A stretch of 64,000 nucleotides of DNA from a candidate division FCPU426 bacterium (GTDB taxonomy: Bacteria > Oederibacteriota > Muellerivitia > Muellerivitales > Muellerivitaceae): contig CAVYSE010000002.1 in NCBI GenBank assembly GCA_963771075.1, positions 14,714 to 78,713 of the forward strand, in the 5' to 3' direction. Under the pieces are notes generated by a model. The model saw only the letters and a program-made list of their open reading frames with translations. It was not told where the DNA came from and ran no database searches. Position 1 is the first letter of the stretch. The number at the start of each line of letters is the position of its first letter. A program made the translations under genes and the position numbers. Positions 9,366-18,804 of the stretch are shown here, piece by piece.

Positions 9366-10414
9366 CTGAATTCAACCAGTAAGTGCAACACCTAGGCGAA
9401 AGACTTGCTCCGGCGTTTTGAAGCCAAGACACTTGCGGGGACGACCATTGAGAATCCGTTCCACGCGCCTGACTTGAGCTGGGGTTATGTTAGCAAAATC
9501 GGTTTTCTTCGGATAGAAGCGTCGAATCAAACCGTTGGTGTTTTCCACGGTGCCTTTTTCCCAACTGTGGAATGGCAGGCAGAAGAAAGACCTAGTGCCC
9601 AAAACGGCATTGACCTGGAGGTGTTCGACGTTCTCCGAGCCGTTGTCATAGGTGATGGTCCTGCGGAGTCCCTTGGAAAATTGACCGAGGCGACGATTGA
9701 TAGCCATACGGGTATTTGACGCGGATTTCTGGGGCAGCCAAGCAAGTTTTACCAGTCGGCTCTTTCTTTCGACCATGACCAAGATAGAAGCTTTGCTCTG
9801 CCTGGAAATGATAGTGTCCATCTCCCAGTGGCCGTATTGGTCCCGTGCCTTGACGATGGCAGGGCGTTGGGTGATTGAAACGCGTTGTGGGATATGGCTT
9901 TTGCGGTGATTGTGGGAATGCCATCGCCGAAGTCGTTTTCGATGGGAGCGAGCCAAGAAGGGAATGAGATGCCGAGCTTTGCTATAGATGAACTGGTAGA
10001 CGGCCTCGTGGGAAATGGAGATTTTGGATTTCTCCTGGTGAAGTTGACCGGCGATTTGTTCGGGTGAAAGACCTTGCCGAAGTTTACGCAAGACATACCG
10101 GCGCAGTTCGGGTTTCTTGAGCCGAAAGTGAGTTCGAGAGATCTGGTTGCGCAAGATGGCCCGATCGTGAGCCCTGGCAGGAAGATACCGGCCGGGACGT
10201 AAGGGAGGGGCGTTGCGCTTCAACTCTCGGGAAACGCTGGAAACATCACGGCCAAGGCGTTTGGCGATTTTTCGCAGGGAAAGGCCTTGAGCCTTCCAAA
10301 TAGAGATTTTTTCACGTTCGGCTAACAATAGATGCCTGTAGGATTGTTTCATGAAACTTAGGATAACCCCCGGGTTCTGCCGGGCCTAAGTGTTGCACTT
10401 CGTTATTGAACTGG
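9366..10414 (-). mobile_element. IS30-family insertion sequence (~1.05 kb) with imperfect terminal inverted repeats
   Basis: Inverted repeat cores AGTGCAACACCTAGGC (9381-9396) and GCCTAAGTGTTGCACT (10384-10399) match 15 of 16 positions, with weaker matches extending ~15 bp outward. They enclose a single transposase gene. Confidence 0.75.
9372..10352 (-). CDS. IS30 family transposase (N-terminal HTH, DDE/rve catalytic core)
   Basis: N-terminal HTH (SLRKIAKRLGRDVSSVSRELKRN) and the IS30-type HWEMD motif (usually HWEGD). The catalytic core includes TITYDNGSE. Length is 326 aa. Confidence 0.8.
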   Translation of the reverse strand: MKQSYRHLLLAEREKISIWKAQGLSLRKIAKRLGRDVSSVSRELKRNAPPLRPGRYLPARAHDRAILRNQISRTHFRLKKPELRRYVLRKLRQGLSPEQIAGQLHQEKSKISISHEAVYQFIYSKARHLIPFLARSHRKRLRRWHSHNHRKSHIPQRVSITQRPAIVKARDQYGHWEMDTIISRQSKASILVMVERKSRLVKLAWLPQKSASNTRMAINRRLGQFSKGLRRTITYDNGSENVEHLQVNAVLGTRSFFCLPFHSWEKGTVENTNGLIRRFYPKKTDFANITPAQVRRVERILNGRPRKCLGFKTPEQVFRLGVALTG

Positions 10415-10432
10415 GGGAACCATATCCTTCTC

Positions 10433-11347
10433 TTATTTTGACAATACCGGCACGGTCACAATCAACGGTTTATATTCCTGGTTTTTTAAAACTATTTGAT
10501 CTCCAGGCATGAAATCCCATCCATCGGAATAGCCAAACTCAATAACACGATGCACATGTTTAAAAAGGGTAAAGCTTTTGCTCACACTAAGCGTTGGATT
10601 TGTGAAAGTGGCAGAAATTCTGAAAATTCGATTAGAAGTTCTTTTAAAAATCGCAACCAAGCCTTTGCTAAATAACGCTTTTCTATAGGTTATCTCTATT
10701 GGCAACAACGGGCGGGCATCAACATGGATTGTAGATTTGTTTACGATTGTTTGATTGGGATGCGTAGTAACGGAATTACATGCTTTTAGCAGAATGAAAA
10801 AACACAACAGAACAACAAAACCCTTTTTCGCATTTGATAACCTTGAAAACTTTGCGGCAATTTTTTTAATTACGGTTAGATCAAATCGATCTGCCGAGAC
10901 AACCGAATTAGGAAAACTCGCGTCTTCTTTAACTAAAAACTGCAAATTTTCTTTAACCAACAACTGAACAATTTCCTCACCATCAATTAACCGCATTGTC
11001 GTTTCTACACTTTTCGAATACTCTCTCGCCTCTTTTGAAAATGTCGACGTAGTAACGAAAACACCAAGCGAGTTTCTCCGGCCATGAAGAGCACCAACGA
11101 ATTTTTGTATTTCGGGCCGCCCAACCGTGTCTTCCCATCTTTTCGCCTGAAACAAAAGATCACCAAAACCTAACTTATCCAATTTCAAACTACCATCAAT
11201 GCCTCCATCTCCAGTTTGTCCCTCAACTTCTCCAATTTCGCTGTTATATATTTTTTTAAGGAAATCTAAAACAAACTGTTCGAATTCAGCGGGGGAAAGA
11301 CTTTTCAGGCGATTTAATAATTCTTCGTTTACCAATTTTTTCACCAA
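10433..11347 (-). CDS. Mrr-catalytic-domain (restriction endonuclease type IV fold) protein fused to a C-terminal region with one TM helix and a domain of unknown function
   Basis: N-terminal ~135 aa match the Mrr_cat pattern (GDGGIDG ... LFQAKRW ... VFVTTSTFSKEAREY ... LIDGEEIV). It lacks the usual Mrr N-terminal wHTH. Residues 180-195 (GFVVLLCFFILLKAC) are hydrophobic. The gene is markedly lower in GC than its neighbours. Confidence 0.5.
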   Translation of the reverse strand: MVKKLVNEELLNRLKSLSPAEFEQFVLDFLKKIYNSEIGEVEGQTGDGGIDGSLKLDKLGFGDLLFQAKRWEDTVGRPEIQKFVGALHGRRNSLGVFVTTSTFSKEAREYSKSVETTMRLIDGEEIVQLLVKENLQFLVKEDASFPNSVVSADRFDLTVIKKIAAKFSRLSNAKKGFVVLLCFFILLKACNSVTTHPNQTIVNKSTIHVDARPLLPIEITYRKALFSKGLVAIFKRTSNRIFRISATFTNPTLSVSKSFTLFKHVHRVIEFGYSDGWDFMPGDQIVLKNQEYKPLIVTVPVLSK

Positions 11348-11365
11348 ATAATTTTAAGAAACTAT

Positions 11366-14029
11366 TTATTCCTGCAGTTTCTTTTTCCACTCCACCAGCA
11401 GATTCAAAGCCTCCCGGGGCGAGAGATCGTCCGGGTCGATGGACTTGAGTTCTTCCAAAACGGGATGGGCGCCGCCCTGGCCGAAGAAAGAGAGCTGGGC
11501 GATTGATTTCTCGTCGGCCCTTTTGACTTCAGGCAGCACCTCCCCTTCGGGAACCGGGGGAACCGGTTCCGTCCCCGCCGGGCCCTTGCTGGCCCTTAAC
11601 CCTGTGCCCGTCTCAAGGGAAGTCAAAATCTTCTTCGCCCTTTCCACCACCGGTTTGGGCACCCCGGCCAGGCGGGCCACCTGGATTCCATAGCTCTTGT
11701 CGGCCCCGCCCTCCACGATCTTGTGGAGGAACAGCACCTGGTCGTTCCATTCCCTGACCGCGATATTGAAATTGCGGACCTGCGGAAAGGTCGTCGCCAA
11801 CCGGGTCAGCTCGTGGTAGTGGGTGGCGAAGAGGGTGCGGGCGTTGATCTTTTGGGCCAGGTATTCCACCACGGCCCAGGCGATGGAGACCCCATCGTAA
11901 GTGGAGGTGCCGCGCCCTACCTCGTCCAAGATCAGAAGGCTCTTGGGGGTGGCGTGGTTGAGGATGTTGGCGGTCTCGACCATTTCCACCATGAAGGTGC
12001 TTTGGCCCTGGGTCAGGGCGTCGGAGGCCCCTACCCGGGAAAAGATGCGGTCCACGACCCCCAGTTTCATTTCCTTGGCCGGGACAAAGAACCCCACTTG
12101 CGCCATCAGGGTCAAAAGGGCCACCTGGCGGATATAGGTGCTTTTCCCCGCCATGTTCGGGCCGGTCAGGACAATGATTTCCACTCCGTCCGCGCCCAGT
12201 TTGGTGTCGTTGGGGACGAACTGGTCCGAGGAAAGCAGGCGGTCCAAAACGGCGTGGCGGCCATCCACGATGACCATTTCCCGGGAGTCGTCCACCTCGG
12301 GGCGCACGAACCGGCCCCGGTCGGCCACGGTGGCCATGCCGACGAAGACGTCCAGTTCGGCCAGGATATGGGCGGAACGCTGGAGCCGGGAAAGTTCCTT
12401 GGCGACTTCGGCGCGGATAGCCTCGAATATCTCATACTCAAGCCGGTTGGCCTTGTCCTGGGCCCCCAGTACCTTTCCTTCCATTTCCTTGAGTTCGGGG
12501 GTGATGAAACGTTCGGCGTTCACCAGGGTCTGTTTGCGGTGATAGTCGTGGGGAACCTTGTCCAGGTTGGCCTTGGAAACCTCGATGTAATAGCCGAACA
12601 CCGAGGTGTAGCGCACCTTGAGGGAGCCGATGCCCGTGCGGGCCTTTTCTTTTTCTTCCAGTTGGGCGATCCAACTTTTGCCTTCCAGGGAGGCGTCCTT
12701 CAATTCGTCCAACCGAGCGTCATAGCCCTTTCGGATGAGCCCGCCTTCCTTAAGGGCGAGGGGAGGCTCGGGGTCAATGGCCCGGTCCAAAAGCCCGTGC
12801 ACCTCGGTCAGGTTGTCCCATCCGTCCCGGCGATCCTTGATCCAGGCGCATTTGAAGGAAGATAGAACCCGGTGGACCTGGGGCAGGAGGGCCAGGGTGT
12901 TCTTGAGGGCGACCATGTCCCGCGCGTTGGCGGTGCCGCATCCTACCCGTCCCGAGAGGCGTTCCAAATCGGAAACCTGGCGGAAAAGGTCGCGAACCGT
13001 TTCCCTTTCCTCCAGGTGGGCGAAGAATTCTTCCACCGCGTCCTGGCGGCGTTTGATCTCTGAAACGGTGGTGAGGGGGGTCGTCAGCCATTGGCGTAAA
13101 AGCCTGCCCCCCATGGAAGTGACGGTTTCATCCAGCACCGAAAGAAGGGTGCCTTCCCGGCCGCCATCGCGCATGTTGCGGAGGATTTCCAGGTTTCGCT
13201 GGGTGGTCGCGTCCAACACCATGCCCTCCCCCACCTGAAAGTGGGTGAGTGAAACGATGTGGGAAAGAACGCTATGGGTAGTTTCCTTCAAGTATTGCAG
13301 AAGCGACCCGGCGGCCCGCACCGCCTGTTCCTCGCCCGACAGCCCGAAGCCATCCAGTGTTTTGACCTGGAAATGCTCCACCAAAGCTTCCTCGGCGCTC
13401 GCGTGGGAGAACTTCCAATCTTCCAAATGGGATAACTTGACCCCCTTCAGGTTTTGGAGAAGCTGGCGCCATTCGGGGGCGTCCGGCTGGTTTTGGGCGG
13501 TCAGCACTTCGGAAGGGGCGAACTTGAAGACCTCATTGGCCGCCTTGCTCCAGCGGGCGGGTCCGTGGAGTTCGCATGTCTTGAACTCACCCGTGCTCAC
13601 GTCCACCACCGAAAGCCCCAAGACCATGGGGGCATAGGCGAGGGCCACCATGTAGTTGTTGGCCTTTTCATCGAGCATGGAAGCGGAAAGCACGGTCCCG
13701 GGCGTGATGACGCGGGAAATTTCCCGCTTCACCAGTCCTTTGGCCAGGGCCGGGTCCTCGGCCTGCTCGCAGATCGCGATAGAAAAACCCTGCTTGACCA
13801 GGCGGGAAATGTAGTTTTCGGCGGCGTGGTAGGGGATCCCCGCCATGGGCACCTTTTGGCCCTTGCCTCCCTCCCGGGCAGTGAGGGTGAGGTTGAGGAC
13901 CCGGGCGGCCGTTTTGGCGTCATCGAAGAACATCTCGTAGAAATCGCCCAGTCGGAAGAAAAGCATCTCGTCCTTATGGACCCTTTTCATGTCCAGGTAC
14001 TGCCTCATCATGGGCGTGAGGTCTTCCAT
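11366..14029 (-). CDS. mutS: DNA mismatch repair protein MutS
   Basis: Mismatch-binding N-terminus (MMRQYLDMKRVHKDEMLFFRLGDFYEMFFDDA), Walker A GPNMAGKSTY and ABC signature FATHYHEL. The likely start is the internal Met giving MEDLTPMMRQY. Confidence 0.95.
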   Translation of the reverse strand: MEDLTPMMRQYLDMKRVHKDEMLFFRLGDFYEMFFDDAKTAARVLNLTLTAREGGKGQKVPMAGIPYHAAENYISRLVKQGFSIAICEQAEDPALAKGLVKREISRVITPGTVLSASMLDEKANNYMVALAYAPMVLGLSVVDVSTGEFKTCELHGPARWSKAANEVFKFAPSEVLTAQNQPDAPEWRQLLQNLKGVKLSHLEDWKFSHASAEEALVEHFQVKTLDGFGLSGEEQAVRAAGSLLQYLKETTHSVLSHIVSLTHFQVGEGMVLDATTQRNLEILRNMRDGGREGTLLSVLDETVTSMGGRLLRQWLTTPLTTVSEIKRRQDAVEEFFAHLEERETVRDLFRQVSDLERLSGRVGCGTANARDMVALKNTLALLPQVHRVLSSFKCAWIKDRRDGWDNLTEVHGLLDRAIDPEPPLALKEGGLIRKGYDARLDELKDASLEGKSWIAQLEEKEKARTGIGSLKVRYTSVFGYYIEVSKANLDKVPHDYHRKQTLVNAERFITPELKEMEGKVLGAQDKANRLEYEIFEAIRAEVAKELSRLQRSAHILAELDVFVGMATVADRGRFVRPEVDDSREMVIVDGRHAVLDRLLSSDQFVPNDTKLGADGVEIIVLTGPNMAGKSTYIRQVALLTLMAQVGFFVPAKEMKLGVVDRIFSRVGASDALTQGQSTFMVEMVETANILNHATPKSLLILDEVGRGTSTYDGVSIAWAVVEYLAQKINARTLFATHYHELTRLATTFPQVRNFNIAVREWNDQVLFLHKIVEGGADKSYGIQVARLAGVPKPVVERAKKILTSLETGTGLRASKGPAGTEPVPPVPEGEVLPEVKRADEKSIAQLSFFGQGGAHPVLEELKSIDPDDLSPREALNLLVEWKKKLQE

Positions 14030-14242
14030 ATAGCTCCCTAATGAAATTCTAAACCAACTTCCAACACGAAGACACAAAGGGCACTCAGTTCACAAACAGA
14101 CAATCTTTAGTTTTAACCAACTTTTCAAATGATCTTCGTGTCTTAATGGCTTTGACCCCTTTGGCCTTTAGGCCAAAGAATACGGGACCATATCATCCTC
14201 TTTATATCTTTTATTGATAGAGGGTATGTGTTTTTTTGGGTT

Positions 14243-16876
14243 TTAGTCTTCCACGATGAAGTTCTTCAATTTAGTCTTTTTCAGCAGTTCCTTCGAGGCT
14301 CTTTGCGCCGCGGCGTGGTCGGGATAATCCCCTACCCGGATCTTATAAAGGGGATAGGCCATATCCTCGGTCTTGACCTTCAAAACCTTGGGTTTATACC
14401 CGGCCTTTTCCAGCTGTTTAAGCGTTGGGGCCATAAACCGGGTCCGGCTGTAAACCCCGACCTGGATATGGAAAGGGGCCGCCGCGCTGATGGTATCGTC
14501 CGATTCCGCCTCTTCCTCACCGGTCGCCTGGATCGCGGGGGTGGGGTTCTCCGCCATAACCGTATTTCCCGCGGAAGCCGGGGCCGCTGGGACAACTGCC
14601 TCCGGAAGTTCGGTCGGGGTAGGCAGGGCCATCATCACAATGGGAGTCAGCTCGGGGTTGAGGCGCTCCATCGCGGACATCCTCTGAAGGGCATCCTCCG
14701 TTTCCAGTGCCCGGGGAAACTGGGTCGCCAGGGTGGCGTAAGCGGCGTGGGCCTGGGGTATCTTGGTTTCCAATTCATAAAGCCGCCCGAGGCGATAATA
14801 AACAAGGTTCATTTCCAAGAATTGGGGGTAGCGGTCCAGGACCTTCAGATATTGTTTCTCGGCCATGGGATAAAGCCTTAATTTGACATAGGTATTGCCC
14901 GCCCCCAGCAAGGCCTTGGGCGCCCAGGGACTGTCCGAGGCGTTGTCCGCCACCTTGATGAACTGGGCCATGGCTTCAGGGTATTTATTGAGGGAATAGA
15001 GGGAGCAAGCGTACCAGTAGCGGGCTTCAGGCGCGGAGGGGCTGTCAGGATGGGTCTTCAGGAATTCCTCGTAAGTATGCGCGGCGTCGCCATATTTATC
15101 CGCGAGATAATAACGGGCCCCCAGGTCCTTTTGGGCCTCCTCGCCTTCCGGTTTGTCGGAATACTGCTTGGCCAGTTCGGTGAATTGCTTGGTGGATTTG
15201 TTGAAATCCTGCTCCATTCGGGCCAGCATGAGCTTGGCCTGGGGGATCATCTGGTCCATGGGATGTTCGGCCACGAACTTGGAGAAGGAATCCCGGGCCT
15301 GGTCGTAGTTTTTCCGGTTGAAATAGTCCTTCGCCTTGTCGAAGAGGGATTGGGAATTATCCGCGACGGCCCCGATGGGGGTCGCGCCGGTCGTTTGGGC
15401 CATCAACATGGCCGGAGCCACAAGCAAGGCAAAGATTAACAAAAGCACGCCCACCCTTTGTCCGTACAGGCTGGCGATCTTGCTTTTTTCCACCTTTACT
15501 CGCACCTTGTCCCCGGCCTTCAAACCCTTCGCCGGAAAGACCACCGTCCGGTTTTGCCGGGTCTTGCCGTAATAGGCGCCAGGCGTCTTGTCCGCCGGGC
15601 CTTCCACCATGACCTCTTCCACGCGACCGACACGGGAAAGGTGCCGGTCGGCGGCGTGCTTCCAGGCCTTCTCGTTCAAGCGGGCCAGGCGTTCGTCCTT
15701 CACTTCCTCCGGCACCTGGTGAAGCATGCGGGCTGCGGGGGTTCCGAGCCTCGGGGAATACTTGAAACTATAGACCAGGTCGTAACGCACCTCATCCAAA
15801 AGCTTGAGGGTGCCCTCGAAATCCTCATCGGTCTCGCCTGGGAACCCCACGATCAGGTCGGTGGTAAGAGCCAGTTCGGGGATGGCCTTGTGAAGGGTTT
15901 CCACCCGGTTCAAGTAATGGGCCACGGTGTATTTTCGGTTCATGCGTTTCAAGACGGTGTCCGACCCGCATTGGACGGGAAGGTGGATCATCTCGCAAAC
16001 GCTGGGCGTCTCAGCCATGGCGGCCACCAAGTCGTCGGAAAGGTCCAGGGGGTGGGACGTCATGAACCGCACCCGCTCGATGCCCGGGACGGCCCCCACT
16101 TGGCGCAGAAGATCGGGGAAAGAAACCGGCCTCTCGTTGCTTAGGGCCAGCCCTGTTTCAATATTGTTTTTTTTGCGGGAACTGGGCTTGCCTAGTTGTC
16201 CATTTTCCGATTTTTGAATCGGTGAACTAGATAAGCCATAGGAATTCACGTTCTGGCCCAGAAGCATCACTTCCTTCACCCCCGCCTGGGCGATGCGGGT
16301 GACCTCGTCCAGGATGTCCTCGGGAGGGCGGGAAACTTCACGGCCCCGGGTGAAGGGAACCACGCAGAAGGTGCAGAACTTGTCACAGCCCTTCATGATC
16401 TCCACGAAGGCCCGGTGGGGGGCGGATAAACGATTAGGATCGTTCGCCGGGAAATAAGCGGGGTCAAAATCGGCCAGCACCTGGGGTCCCGCGCCCTGGG
16501 AGGCCTTGGCGATGGCCCCGACTGCCTTGGGATATTGGTCCGGCCCCAAAACCAGGTCCACCTGCGGGGCGCGGTCGATGATGTTTTCCTTGTGGCTGGT
16601 GGCCATACATCCCAACACCCCCAGGACCCGGCCGGGCTTGCCGTTTTTCCAGTCGGTCAGTTCCCCCAGGCGGGAAAAGATCTTGTCCTCGGCGTGCTGG
16701 CGCACCGAGCAGGTGTTGAAGAGGATGACGTCCGCCTGGGCGCTGTCAGGCGTCAGGGAGTAACCCTCTTGGATCAACAGGCCCGCGACATGGTCCGACT
16801 CGACCACGTTGGACTGGCAGCCCAATGTTTCGAGATAGACTTTTTTTTGCGGATGAGGATTTAAGGTGATTTCCAT
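14243..16876 (-). CDS. miaB: MiaB-like tRNA methylthiotransferase (radical SAM + TRAM) reading through, without a stop, into a TM helix, TPR repeats (YbgF/CpoB-like) and a C-terminal SPOR domain
   Basis: Residues 1-465: MTTase N-domain, radical SAM CxxxCxxC (GCDKFCTFC) and TRAM (DKVRVKVEKSKIASLYGQRVG). This is followed by VLLLIFALLVAPAMLMA (TM or signal-like), TPR/YbgF-like repeats, and PFHIQVGVYSRTRFMAPTLKQLEKAGYKPKV...YKIRVGDY (SPOR-like). There is also a ~25-aa low-GC insertion after NVNSYG relative to canonical MiaB. Confidence 0.75.
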   Translation of the reverse strand: MEITLNPHPQKKVYLETLGCQSNVVESDHVAGLLIQEGYSLTPDSAQADVILFNTCSVRQHAEDKIFSRLGELTDWKNGKPGRVLGVLGCMATSHKENIIDRAPQVDLVLGPDQYPKAVGAIAKASQGAGPQVLADFDPAYFPANDPNRLSAPHRAFVEIMKGCDKFCTFCVVPFTRGREVSRPPEDILDEVTRIAQAGVKEVMLLGQNVNSYGLSSSPIQKSENGQLGKPSSRKKNNIETGLALSNERPVSFPDLLRQVGAVPGIERVRFMTSHPLDLSDDLVAAMAETPSVCEMIHLPVQCGSDTVLKRMNRKYTVAHYLNRVETLHKAIPELALTTDLIVGFPGETDEDFEGTLKLLDEVRYDLVYSFKYSPRLGTPAARMLHQVPEEVKDERLARLNEKAWKHAADRHLSRVGRVEEVMVEGPADKTPGAYYGKTRQNRTVVFPAKGLKAGDKVRVKVEKSKIASLYGQRVGVLLLIFALLVAPAMLMAQTTGATPIGAVADNSQSLFDKAKDYFNRKNYDQARDSFSKFVAEHPMDQMIPQAKLMLARMEQDFNKSTKQFTELAKQYSDKPEGEEAQKDLGARYYLADKYGDAAHTYEEFLKTHPDSPSAPEARYWYACSLYSLNKYPEAMAQFIKVADNASDSPWAPKALLGAGNTYVKLRLYPMAEKQYLKVLDRYPQFLEMNLVYYRLGRLYELETKIPQAHAAYATLATQFPRALETEDALQRMSAMERLNPELTPIVMMALPTPTELPEAVVPAAPASAGNTVMAENPTPAIQATGEEEAESDDTISAAAPFHIQVGVYSRTRFMAPTLKQLEKAGYKPKVLKVKTEDMAYPLYKIRVGDYPDHAAAQRASKELLKKTKLKNFIVED

Positions 16877-17088
16877 AAATTCTTTATGTTTTTTTCAGTG
16901 CCTGGGCGTCTGGGTGTTTCAAACTTTTTTCGGGATTCTGATTGTAAAGGCTTTGGAGGTAAGTGGCAACGCCCCTCAAGCTCCAACCCCAAAGGACAAA
17001 GGCCCCCAAGCGAAACTTCAGGAATTAATCACCCATTTAAGGTCAACCTTTGTGTACTTCGTGTTCTTCGGGGGCGAGAGATGTTTTT

Positions 17089-17373
17089 TCAGTGGTGAAG
17101 ATGAAGCACTTGGTAAGCAACCCAAAGAGCGGCCAGGAGGATGATCGCCCTAAATATCCACCGGGTCCGGTTGACCCCCGCTGGCACGCCTCCCTTGGTC
17201 TTGGGTTTGGGAAAATACTGTTCGCTCAATTGAACGGGGGTAAAGGGCTTGCCTTCCTCGTCGTAGACGATCGGCAGACTGGCCCCGCAGTTCCCGCAGA
17301 TTTTGTTCTCGGGAATGTTGAACATCCCGCACCGCAGGCATTTGACATCCAGGTTTTTAGCGTGAAGTTCCAT
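17089..17373 (-). CDS. small zinc-ribbon (CxxC...CxxC) protein with a C-terminal TM helix
   Basis: CLRCGMFNIPENKICGNCG followed by the hydrophobic tail IFRAIILLAALWVAYQVL. Confidence 0.4.
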   Translation of the reverse strand: MELHAKNLDVKCLRCGMFNIPENKICGNCGASLPIVYDEEGKPFTPVQLSEQYFPKPKTKGGVPAGVNRTRWIFRAIILLAALWVAYQVLHLHH

Positions 17374-17511
17374 TGCTCTTTATTCTTGGAATGCTGAACG
17401 AGTTGAAAACACAGGCGACCCGATCCATCGAATGTTCTTCACCGAATGCTTTGACTCGATCACGGCTGAAGGGTGTCTTAACGGAATTTCCCAACGTCCA
17501 TTCCTCTTAAG

Positions 17512-18768
17512 CTACTTCATCCCCTGCAGGCGCACGAGGACCAGGCCCACCTTTTTGGCTTCCTCCACCATCTTCTTGTTGGTATAAGCGGCCTGGAGCT
17601 TTTTATAGGTGTCGATGACTTCCTGTTTCTTGGTCTGCTTCAGATAAACCTCCGCTTTTTTCTTGAGGGCCTCCACGTTATCGGGCTCGAGCCCCACGAT
17701 GTTATCCAGGTAGGTATGGGCCGCGTCGTAACGGGCCTCATTGAGCGCATGCTGGGCCAGTTCCATGTAAATGGAAAGCGCCTCCACCCTTTTGCCCGTT
17801 TGGAGCAGGATCTTGGCCTGGCGGGGCAGTAATTTCGGGTCATTGGGACGCAAGGCCATCAACTGGTTCAGGTACTGGTAGGCGGCGTTCCAATCCTTGG
17901 TTTCCTCGCAGAGATTCAACAATTGTTCAATGAGGTCGCCATCCCCGGGGTTCTTGGCCAAAAGCTCCTCGAACTTAGCCCTCGCTTCCTTGGGCTGTTT
18001 GAGGCCGATCAATATCTTCGCGTGGAGGGGAGCCAGATCGGCATTGCCCGCCTGCACCGCCGCTTCGACCGCGTTTTTCGCGATTTCGAACAGGGACCCA
18101 TCGCAGGCGATCTTGGCCAGTTGGGAGCCGTATTGGGAGATCTTGTCCGTCTCGCCTTTCTTTTGGGCCAAAGTCAGGAAAAGTTGAAGGGTATCAATGC
18201 CTTCCGGGTCGATATTGGCGATCTTGGCGGCCCATTCCTGGGCGGCGTCGGGCCGGTTCTCGGACAAATGAAAATCGGCGATGGCTTTCAGGGTGGAAGC
18301 CGCCTCGGTGACGCGGGCGTGTTCCAGATAGAGATTCGCCAGTTTTTCCCGGTATGAGAAATTGATGGGCTCCGCAGCGATCAGCTGCTGGTAATGGGCG
18401 ATCGCGTCTTCCACGTTTCCATCGGAGGCTTTTCGCTCGGCCTCCTGGGACTTGGAGATGGTCAGGAAGGCCTTTCGCAGGGGGGGCGGCATCCGTTCGG
18501 GATTGAGCTTGGAGATCTTCCGCTCGATGTTCTGCACCTTGTTGACCTGGCCCTGCCGATCGAAAAGCTCCTTGGCCTTTTGGTAGGACCCGAAGGCGTC
18601 GGCGTCGTCCTGCTTCTTGGCGTAGGCGTCGCCCATCATGTTATGAACGTGCGCGTCGTCCGGGTTGTCCACCAGGAGTTTTTTATATTCCTCGATCGCC
18701 TTATACCATTCGCCCGATTGCACATAGAGAAAGGCCATTTTGATGATGAGCGGCTTGTCTTCAACCAT
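17512..18768 (-). CDS. tetratricopeptide repeat protein
   Basis: TPR-like helical repeats run throughout (e.g. AIEEYKKLLVDNPDDAHVHNMMGDAYAKKQDDADAF). Confidence 0.6.
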   Translation of the reverse strand: MVEDKPLIIKMAFLYVQSGEWYKAIEEYKKLLVDNPDDAHVHNMMGDAYAKKQDDADAFGSYQKAKELFDRQGQVNKVQNIERKISKLNPERMPPPLRKAFLTISKSQEAERKASDGNVEDAIAHYQQLIAAEPINFSYREKLANLYLEHARVTEAASTLKAIADFHLSENRPDAAQEWAAKIANIDPEGIDTLQLFLTLAQKKGETDKISQYGSQLAKIACDGSLFEIAKNAVEAAVQAGNADLAPLHAKILIGLKQPKEARAKFEELLAKNPGDGDLIEQLLNLCEETKDWNAAYQYLNQLMALRPNDPKLLPRQAKILLQTGKRVEALSIYMELAQHALNEARYDAAHTYLDNIVGLEPDNVEALKKKAEVYLKQTKKQEVIDTYKKLQAAYTNKKMVEEAKKVGLVLVRLQGMK

Positions 18769-18804
18769 GGCCCTTCCTTTCCTGTGATTGGCTGGGATTG
18801 AACC

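Noticed and set aside
11723-12865. 380-aa plus-strand ORF inside mutS (similar cases: 21283..22335 in scpA, 22362..23345 in trpS, 35708..36736 in fabF, 48568..49368 in the flotillin gene, 15458..16144 in miaB)
   Set aside because: These are antisense to well-supported conserved genes. Their composition is G/R/H/P-rich with no motifs.
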